Source: an uncultured Candidatus Saccharibacteria bacterium
GTDB taxonomy: Bacteria > Patescibacteriota > Minisyncoccia > Portnoybacterales > UBA2143
NCBI GenBank assembly: GCA_964594155.1
Contig: CAZQLH010000005.1
Span: 1-46,075, forward strand
Direction of reading: 5' to 3'
Length of the DNA: 46,075 nt
The translations under genes were made by a program, and so were the position numbers. Positions 39,929 through 46,075 of this stretch are shown piece by piece. The stretch's first letter is position 1; each line of letters starts with the position of its first letter. The notes under the pieces were generated by a model. The model was not told the origin of the DNA. It saw only the letters and a list, made by a program, of their open reading frames with translations, and did no database searches.

Positions 39929-41653
39929 ATGAAATCAAAAAATAAACAATGTCAGAATTGTAAAGCTAGGTTCACTATTGAACCAGCTGATTTTAAGTTT
40001 TATAAGAAAATGGATGTGCCAGAGCCCACATTTTGTCCTGATTGTAGAGCACAAAGGCGTTTGGCTTTTCGCAGTGGCAGGGCTTTATATAAGAGAAAAG
40101 TTGAAGGAATAAAAGAAGAAGTTTTTTCTTGTATTTCGCCAAAATCACCTTATAAAGTTTGTAATTCAGATCTTTGGCTTACTGATAAAATAGATACTAT
40201 GAAATATGGAAAGGATTATGATTTTAACAAACCTTTTTTTGAACAATTAAAAGAATTAATGCATGAGGTTGGATTTGGACATATTGCTGTTATGGAAGCG
40301 GTGAATAGTCCATATTCTAATAATGCAAATAGCATTAAAGATTGTTACCTTACTTTTAATATTGGCATGTCAGAAAATTGTGCTTATGGAATAGATATTA
40401 CTAATAGCAAAGATTGTCTTGATATAACTAAAGTTCATGATTGCGAATTAAATTATCAAGTTTTTGATTGTGTTAAATGCTATCAAACTTTTTTTTCAAG
40501 TGAATGTCGGGAATGTTCTGATATATATTTTTCTAAAAATTTAGTTAATTGCCATAATTGTTTTGGCTGTACAAATTTAAGGCATAAGAAATATTATATT
40601 TTTAATAAGCCATATACTAAAAAAGAATATGAAAAGAAAATTAAAGAATTTAATCTTGGTTCGTATAAAAATATTTTATCTTATTTAAAAAAATCAAAAA
40701 AATTTCATTTAAAATTTCCAAATAAATTTATTCATGGCAGTAAAAATGTTGATGTAATAGGAGATTATCTTAATAATTGTAAAAATACAAAGAATTCATT
40801 TCTTAGTACAGGATTAGAAGATTGTTCTTATTGTCAAATGATTCTTTTTTGGCCAAGTAAAGATTGTCAAGATATGTCTATTGCTGGCGGAGAACTATGT
40901 TATGAAATTGGAGAAAGCGGGGGGTATAAGACAAAATTTTGTTGGTTTAATGCGCCAAAGGCTTTAAAAAGCTATGATGCTGGCCTTTATGATATGGAAT
41001 ATTCTGTTATTTCATTTAATTCTAATAACCTCTTCGCCTGCGTTGGCCTACGACACAAACAATACTGTATCCTAAACAAACAATATACAAAGGAAGAATA
41101 CAATGAATTAGTACCTAAGATAAAGAAACACATGGATGATATGCCATACATAGATAAACAAGGTAAGGTATATAAGTATGGAGAGTTCTTTCCCACAGAA
41201 CTATCACCATTTGCATACAATGAAACAATAGCTAATGAATACTTTCCTTTAACCAAAGAACAAGCATTAAAGAAAGGATATACATGGTATGACAAGCCTA
41301 AACCAGAGTATAAGGCTACAATCAAAGCTAATGATCTATCAGATCATATTAAAGACATAGATAACAGTATATTAAAGGAAGTAATTGAATGTAGCTCTTC
41401 TAACTGCGCAGGATCTACTGTATATCGTATTATACCTAGCGAACTAAAGTTCTATCAGAAACAAAACATTCCTATTCCTAGACTATGCCCTGATTGTAGA
41501 CATAGAGAAAGAATTAAACAAAGAAATCCAATGAAACTATATCATAGAGAATGTATGAAGAAAGGTTGTAATACAACATTCCAAACAACCTATGCTTCAG
41601 ATAGAAAAGAGATTGTTTATTGTGAGAAGTGTTATCAAAAAGAAGTTCAATAA
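39929..41653 (+). CDS. Cys-rich zinc-ribbon/beta-solenoid protein, paralog 1
   Basis: 574 aa; CQNC..F.FY..P.P..CPDCR; 12-aa periodic core; C-terminal LCPDCR and IVYCEKCY. Confidence 0.9.
   Translation: MKSKNKQCQNCKARFTIEPADFKFYKKMDVPEPTFCPDCRAQRRLAFRSGRALYKRKVEGIKEEVFSCISPKSPYKVCNSDLWLTDKIDTMKYGKDYDFNKPFFEQLKELMHEVGFGHIAVMEAVNSPYSNNANSIKDCYLTFNIGMSENCAYGIDITNSKDCLDITKVHDCELNYQVFDCVKCYQTFFSSECRECSDIYFSKNLVNCHNCFGCTNLRHKKYYIFNKPYTKKEYEKKIKEFNLGSYKNILSYLKKSKKFHLKFPNKFIHGSKNVDVIGDYLNNCKNTKNSFLSTGLEDCSYCQMILFWPSKDCQDMSIAGGELCYEIGESGGYKTKFCWFNAPKALKSYDAGLYDMEYSVISFNSNNLFACVGLRHKQYCILNKQYTKEEYNELVPKIKKHMDDMPYIDKQGKVYKYGEFFPTELSPFAYNETIANEYFPLTKEQALKKGYTWYDKPKPEYKATIKANDLSDHIKDIDNSILKEVIECSSSNCAGSTVYRIIPSELKFYQKQNIPIPRLCPDCRHRERIKQRNPMKLYHRECMKKGCNTTFQTTYASDRKEIVYCEKCYQKEVQ
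41027..41270 (+). repeat. 244-bp direct repeat, copy 1 (copy 2 at 45832-46075)
   Basis: Manual ungapped alignment: 26 mismatches in 244 nt, last 55 nt identical. Confidence 0.92.
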
Positions 41654-41656
41654 TAT

Positions 41657-42979
41657 ATGAAATCAAAAACAAAACAATGTCAGAATTGTAAAGCTAAGTT
41701 CATTATTGAATCAGAAGATTTTGAATTTTATAAAAAAATAGATGTGCCAGAGCCAACATTTTGTCCTGATTGTAGGGCTCAGAGAAGAATGGCTTTTAGA
41801 AAAGAAGGCCCATATTTTTATAAAAGAAAATGTGATGCTACTGGTAAAGATTTGATTAGTTTTTTTCATCCTGAAAGTCCGGTTAAAATATATGATCAAA
41901 AATATTGGTGGTCAGATAAATGGGATGCAACTAAGTATGGTCGGGATTATGATTTTAACAAGCCGTTTTTTGAACAATTTAAAGAACTTTTTTTAAATGT
42001 TCCTCAAATAGCCATTTCCAGAGATGCCCAATCAGTTAATAGTGATTATTGCGCTTCTTCTAATTTTATGAAGAATTGTTATTTAGTTAACAATAGTAGC
42101 TATAATGAAGATGTATCTTATTCTAATAGGGTTTTAGAAAGCAAAGATTCTTTAGATTTGTATCTTAGTAATAAGTTAGAACTTTGTTATCAAAATATTT
42201 ATTGTTCAAATTCATATAAGTTGTTTTTTAGCAATCATTGTGATTCTTGCGTTGAATCAGCTTTTTTGTATGATTGCCGTAATTGTCAGAATTGTTTTGG
42301 TTGTACTAATTTAAGGAATAAAAAGTATCATATATTTAACAAGCAATATACTAAAAAAGAATACGAAGAATTGATTCCTAAGATTAGAAAACATATGAAT
42401 AAAATGCCTTATATAGATGAAAAAGGAAGGATATATAAATATGGAGAGTTCTTTCCTTTTAAATTCTCTCCTTTTGGCTATAATGAAACTATAGCTAATG
42501 AATATTTTCCTTTAGCTAAGCAACAAACAAAAGAACAAGGATATAATTGGTATGACAGACCTAAATCTGAATATCAGCCAACTGTAAAAGCAAGTGATTT
42601 ACCTGATCATATTAAGGATGTAGATAAATCAATATTAAAGGAGAATATAGAATGTGATAATAAGGATTGTCAGGGTACAGGAGTGTTTAAGATTATTCCT
42701 AAAGAATTTAAGTTTTATCAAAAGTTAAATATTTCTTTGCCTCGTTTATGTCCAGATTGCCGTTATCGAGAACGAGTTAAAAAAACTAATCCTCTTAAAC
42801 TTTGGCATAGAAAGTGCCAATGTGCAGGCCATTATTCAGATAATAAGGTGTATAAGAATACTATTGAACATCCACATCATAAAGATAAGCATTGTTCTAA
42901 TGAATTTGAAACAACATACTCTCCAGATAGAAAAGAAATTGTTTATTGTGAAAAGTGTTATAACAAAGAAGTAGGATAA
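41657..42979 (+). CDS. Cys-rich zinc-ribbon/beta-solenoid protein, paralog 2 (single solenoid block)
   Basis: 440 aa; same termini as paralog 1, only one NCFGCTNL motif. Confidence 0.9.
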   Translation: MKSKTKQCQNCKAKFIIESEDFEFYKKIDVPEPTFCPDCRAQRRMAFRKEGPYFYKRKCDATGKDLISFFHPESPVKIYDQKYWWSDKWDATKYGRDYDFNKPFFEQFKELFLNVPQIAISRDAQSVNSDYCASSNFMKNCYLVNNSSYNEDVSYSNRVLESKDSLDLYLSNKLELCYQNIYCSNSYKLFFSNHCDSCVESAFLYDCRNCQNCFGCTNLRNKKYHIFNKQYTKKEYEELIPKIRKHMNKMPYIDEKGRIYKYGEFFPFKFSPFGYNETIANEYFPLAKQQTKEQGYNWYDRPKSEYQPTVKASDLPDHIKDVDKSILKENIECDNKDCQGTGVFKIIPKEFKFYQKLNISLPRLCPDCRYRERVKKTNPLKLWHRKCQCAGHYSDNKVYKNTIEHPHHKDKHCSNEFETTYSPDRKEIVYCEKCYNKEVG

Positions 42980-42982
42980 TAT

Positions 42983-44737
42983 ATGAAATCTAAAACTCCT
43001 AATTTTGATAAAAACCTTAATAATATTTTAGATAAGCTTAAACCTTATCAAATAACTTGCCAAGAATGCAAGAGTAAATTTGAGATTTTTAAAGAAGATA
43101 TTAGGTTTTATAAAATGCTGAGAATTCCTCCTCCAAAATTATGTCCTGATTGTCGCAAGCAAAGAAGATATGGATTCTATAATAACATCCTTAAATTTTA
43201 TAAAAAAAAGTGTCAAGCTAAAAATAAAGAGGTAATTTCTACTTTTTCTCCAAAAAGCCCTTATAAAATCTTTGATCTTGAATATTGGTGGTCTAGTAAG
43301 TGGGGAGCTGAAGAATATGCTCAAGATTATGATTTTTCAAAATCTTTTTTTGAGCAATTTCAAAAACTCAATCAATTAGTTCCTCATCCAGCTATCCTTA
43401 ATTATTATAAAAGAGTAATTAATAGTCCTTATACAATTTCTACTTTTGATATTAAGGATAGTTATTTTTCTGCTTTGAGCGGTTTTGGAGAAAACATGAA
43501 TTATTGTTATTGGGTTGTTACTTCTAATGATTGTTTTGATTTATTAGATTCAGAATCTTGTGAAAATTGTTATCAATCTGTTGGTCCTGCCAAATGCTAT
43601 AACTGTAAGTTTTTCGAAGAATCTGAAAATTGCGTTGATTGTTCTTTTATTTACGGTTGTTATAGTTGTCAGAATTGTTTTGGCTGTACTAATTTGAGAC
43701 ATAAGAAATATCATATTTTTAATAAGCCATACACTAAAGAAGAATATTTAGCCAAAATGAAAGAGATAAATTTAGGAGATAGAGATGTTTTAGAATATTA
43801 CAAAAAGAAATTTGAAAAACTTCTTAAAGAAACAATCAGAGAGAATTTAGACGTTGATCCAAAAAATATTAATTGTATTGGAGATAGACTATATGAATCC
43901 AAGAATTGTTATCAAGTTTTTCAAACTATTATGGGAACGGATAAAAAGAATGAGAATGTTCGTTATTCAACTGATATAGGAGGAATTAAAGACTCTATGG
44001 ACTTATATATTACTGGATTTAATGTTTCTTTAGCTTATGAAGTTATTGAAGCTGTGGATTCAAGTAATATCAAATTCTCATATTTTACTAATAATAGTTT
44101 AAATTTAGAATATTGTCTTAATTGTCGTAATTGCCAGAATTGCTTTGGCTGTTCTGGTCTTCATAATAAGAAGTATTATATTTTTAATAAACAATATTCA
44201 AAAGAAGAATATTTTAAAGAATTAGATAAAATTAAGACTAAAATGCTGCAAGATGGAGAATATGGAGAATTCTTTTCTTTATCTCAATCTCTTCATCCAT
44301 ATAATGATACTTATGCCATGGTGGAGTTTCCTTTAACTAAAGAAGAAGTGTTGAAAAAAGGCTGGCAATGGTATGATGAGCCAAAAATACCAGTTGATTT
44401 AAAAGGAATGGGATTAATTCAAGCTAAAGATTTACCTAAGGATATTAAAGATGTTAAGGATGATATTTTAAATAAGGCTATTGTTTGTGAAGTGAGTGAT
44501 AAGCCATTCAGGATTATCAAATCAGAACTGGAATTTTATAGGAAGCATAATCTTCCTATTCCAACTAAGCATCCTTATCAAAGAATGATGGAAAGATTTA
44601 AAAAAAGAAATCCTACTAGATTATGGGAAGATACTTGTGATAAATGCAGTAAAGAAATGCTTACTTCATATCCTCCAAAAAAACAAAAAGAATTAAAAAT
44701 ATATTGTAAGAAGTGTTATCAAAAGGAAGTAGGGTAA
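42983..44737 (+). CDS. Cys-rich zinc-ribbon/beta-solenoid protein, paralog 3 (divergent subtype)
   Basis: 584 aa; N-terminal extension TPNFDKNL.., two NCFGC motifs, IYCKKCYQKEVG end. Confidence 0.9.
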   Translation: MKSKTPNFDKNLNNILDKLKPYQITCQECKSKFEIFKEDIRFYKMLRIPPPKLCPDCRKQRRYGFYNNILKFYKKKCQAKNKEVISTFSPKSPYKIFDLEYWWSSKWGAEEYAQDYDFSKSFFEQFQKLNQLVPHPAILNYYKRVINSPYTISTFDIKDSYFSALSGFGENMNYCYWVVTSNDCFDLLDSESCENCYQSVGPAKCYNCKFFEESENCVDCSFIYGCYSCQNCFGCTNLRHKKYHIFNKPYTKEEYLAKMKEINLGDRDVLEYYKKKFEKLLKETIRENLDVDPKNINCIGDRLYESKNCYQVFQTIMGTDKKNENVRYSTDIGGIKDSMDLYITGFNVSLAYEVIEAVDSSNIKFSYFTNNSLNLEYCLNCRNCQNCFGCSGLHNKKYYIFNKQYSKEEYFKELDKIKTKMLQDGEYGEFFSLSQSLHPYNDTYAMVEFPLTKEEVLKKGWQWYDEPKIPVDLKGMGLIQAKDLPKDIKDVKDDILNKAIVCEVSDKPFRIIKSELEFYRKHNLPIPTKHPYQRMMERFKKRNPTRLWEDTCDKCSKEMLTSYPPKKQKELKIYCKKCYQKEVG

Positions 44738-44742
44738 TACAT

Positions 44743-46075
44743 ATGAAATCTAAAACAAAACAATGTCAAAACTGCAAAATTAAGTTCACTATAGAACCAG
44801 AAGATTTTGAATTTTATAAGAAGATGGATGTGCCAGAGCCGACTTGGTGTCCGGAGTGTAGATTACAGAGGAGATTAGCTTTTCGTAACGAAAGAAAATT
44901 GTATAAGAGAAAATGTAATTTTTCTGGAAGAGAGATTTTTTCTATGTATTCTTCAAAAGCAAGAGTTAAAATTTACAATAACGATATTTGGTATTCTGAC
45001 AAGTGGGACCCGATAGATTATGGCAGGGAATATAATTTTAACAAACCATTTTTTGAACAATTAAAAAGTATTATTAAAGAAGTACCTCTTCAGAGTCGTC
45101 CTGCTCTAAATTTTGTCAATAGTGATTATTGTATGAATGCAGGAAATTTAAAAAATTGTTATCTTGTTTTTGAAGCTGACTCTAGTGAAAATTGTGCTTA
45201 TGGAGAGGGTTTAGATTATGTTAAAGATTCATACGATAACTATAATTTAACAAAATGCGAACTTTGTTATTGTAGCTTTATGCTTATTAATTGCTACAAA
45301 ACATTCTTTTCTTCTCATTGCGATGATTGTCAAGAATTAATCTTTTGTCATGATTGTATAGGATGTTCTAATTGTTTTGGTTGTACTAATTTGCGTCATA
45401 AAAAATATCATATATTCAATAAACCATATACTAAGGAAGAATATTTTAAAAAATTAAAAGAGTTTAATCTTGGTTCATTTAATAACATAGAACAACTAAA
45501 CAAAAAAGTAAAAGATTTTTGGTTAAAATATCCAGTTAAGTTTATACATGGACGCAAGAATGTTAATGTTTCTGGCGAATATATTAATAATTGCAAGAAT
45601 GTAAAAAATTCATATATGATCAGATATGGAGAAAATTTAAGATATTGTTATGCCGTCAGATATCAACCAAGCACAAAAGATTGTTATGATTACTCTTTAT
45701 TTGGCTTGAATGTAAGATTTGTATATGAAATTGCAGTAAGTGGAAGCGGAATAAATAATATAAGATTTTGTTATCAGTGTTGGGATGGTTGTCATGATAT
45801 AGAGCATTGTATAGAGTGTTCTTCCTCCTCCAACCTCTTCGCCTGCGTTGGCCTCCGTCACAAACAGTACTGCATCCTCAATAAACAATATACAAAGGAA
45901 GAATACAATAAATTAGTTCCTAAGATTAAACAACATATGAATGATATGCCATACATAGATAAGAAAGGAAGAATATACAAATATGGAGAGTTCTTTCCAA
46001 TAGAACTATCTCCTTTTGCCTACAATGAAACAATAGCTAATGAATACTTTCCTTTAACCAAAGAACAAGCATTAA
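44743..46075 (+). CDS. Cys-rich zinc-ribbon/beta-solenoid protein, paralog 4 (3' truncated; absent from the ORF track)
   Basis: Manual translation from ATG 44743 (MKSKTKQCQNCKIKFTIEPEDFEFYKKMDVPEPTWCPECR...) stays open to the window end, 444 codons. Confidence 0.92.
   Translation, partial: MKSKTKQCQNCKIKFTIEPEDFEFYKKMDVPEPTWCPECRLQRRLAFRNERKLYKRKCNFSGREIFSMYSSKARVKIYNNDIWYSDKWDPIDYGREYNFNKPFFEQLKSIIKEVPLQSRPALNFVNSDYCMNAGNLKNCYLVFEADSSENCAYGEGLDYVKDSYDNYNLTKCELCYCSFMLINCYKTFFSSHCDDCQELIFCHDCIGCSNCFGCTNLRHKKYHIFNKPYTKEEYFKKLKEFNLGSFNNIEQLNKKVKDFWLKYPVKFIHGRKNVNVSGEYINNCKNVKNSYMIRYGENLRYCYAVRYQPSTKDCYDYSLFGLNVRFVYEIAVSGSGINNIRFCYQCWDGCHDIEHCIECSSSSNLFACVGLRHKQYCILNKQYTKEEYNKLVPKIKQHMNDMPYIDKKGRIYKYGEFFPIELSPFAYNETIANEYFPLTKEQAL
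45832..46075 (+). repeat. 244-bp direct repeat, copy 2
   Basis: Aligns without gaps to 41027-41270. Confidence 0.92.

Noticed and set aside
40987-41325. Antisense 112-aa ORF as the cause of the composition shift
   Set aside because: The equivalent frame in paralog 4 has a TAG stop; treated as a shadow ORF
40556-45444. Recurrent AATTGTTTTGG.TGTAC.AATTT motif as a CRISPR-like array
   Set aside because: In-frame coding repeats of a protein motif, spaced hundreds to thousands of bases apart; no cas genes
1962-45888. Short antisense or alternate-frame ORFs in the track (e.g. 28788-29348, 17004-17264, 38637-38927)
   Set aside because: They lie within well-supported genes and show no recognisable motifs
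41027-46075. DGR template/variable repeat pair
   Set aside because: Mismatches are not adenine-specific (C/T and G changes occur), are mostly synonymous, both copies are coding, and no reverse transcriptase is in the window
1-46075. Alternative genetic code (TGA=Gly, code 25)
   Set aside because: TGA ends full-length genes at ATGA overlaps (2505, 27020, 28783) and ORFs are intact under code 11

Overview
AT-rich, gene-dense bacterial chromosome segment in genetic code 11 (TGA is used as stop). The gene content points to Patescibacteria/CPR, probably Parcubacteria; this is inferred from gene families, not from a marker search. 1-24.7 kb is a surface-glycan locus made of two convergent operons. 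Each carries a parallel module of DegT aminotransferase, GT2, B12-domain radical SAM, SPASM/twitch radical SAM and a small flippase, next to GT-C-like membrane proteins; the locus also has GT4s, GT9, Wzx, methyltransferases and two tandem Pol-beta-type nucleotidyltransferases. 24.8-36.7 kb holds an O-antigen-ligase/TPR protein, a secreted metallopeptidase with a 5x7-bp repeat in its signal peptide, a shortened murB, hpf-secA-(2 small genes)-secD-secF and a sigma70-r4/HARE-HTH protein. 36.7-46.1 kb is the most unusual part: a membrane-anchored protein and a VirD4/TraD-like ATPase ending in a CxxC-x17-CxxC zinc ribbon, followed by a head-to-tail array of at least four Cys-rich paralogs. These have conserved zinc-ribbon ends of the same type, a 12-residue-periodic variable core, stereotyped junctions and signs of module exchange. 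No tRNA, rRNA, CRISPR array, transposase or reverse transcriptase was seen. All calls come from reading motifs by eye; no searches were run.
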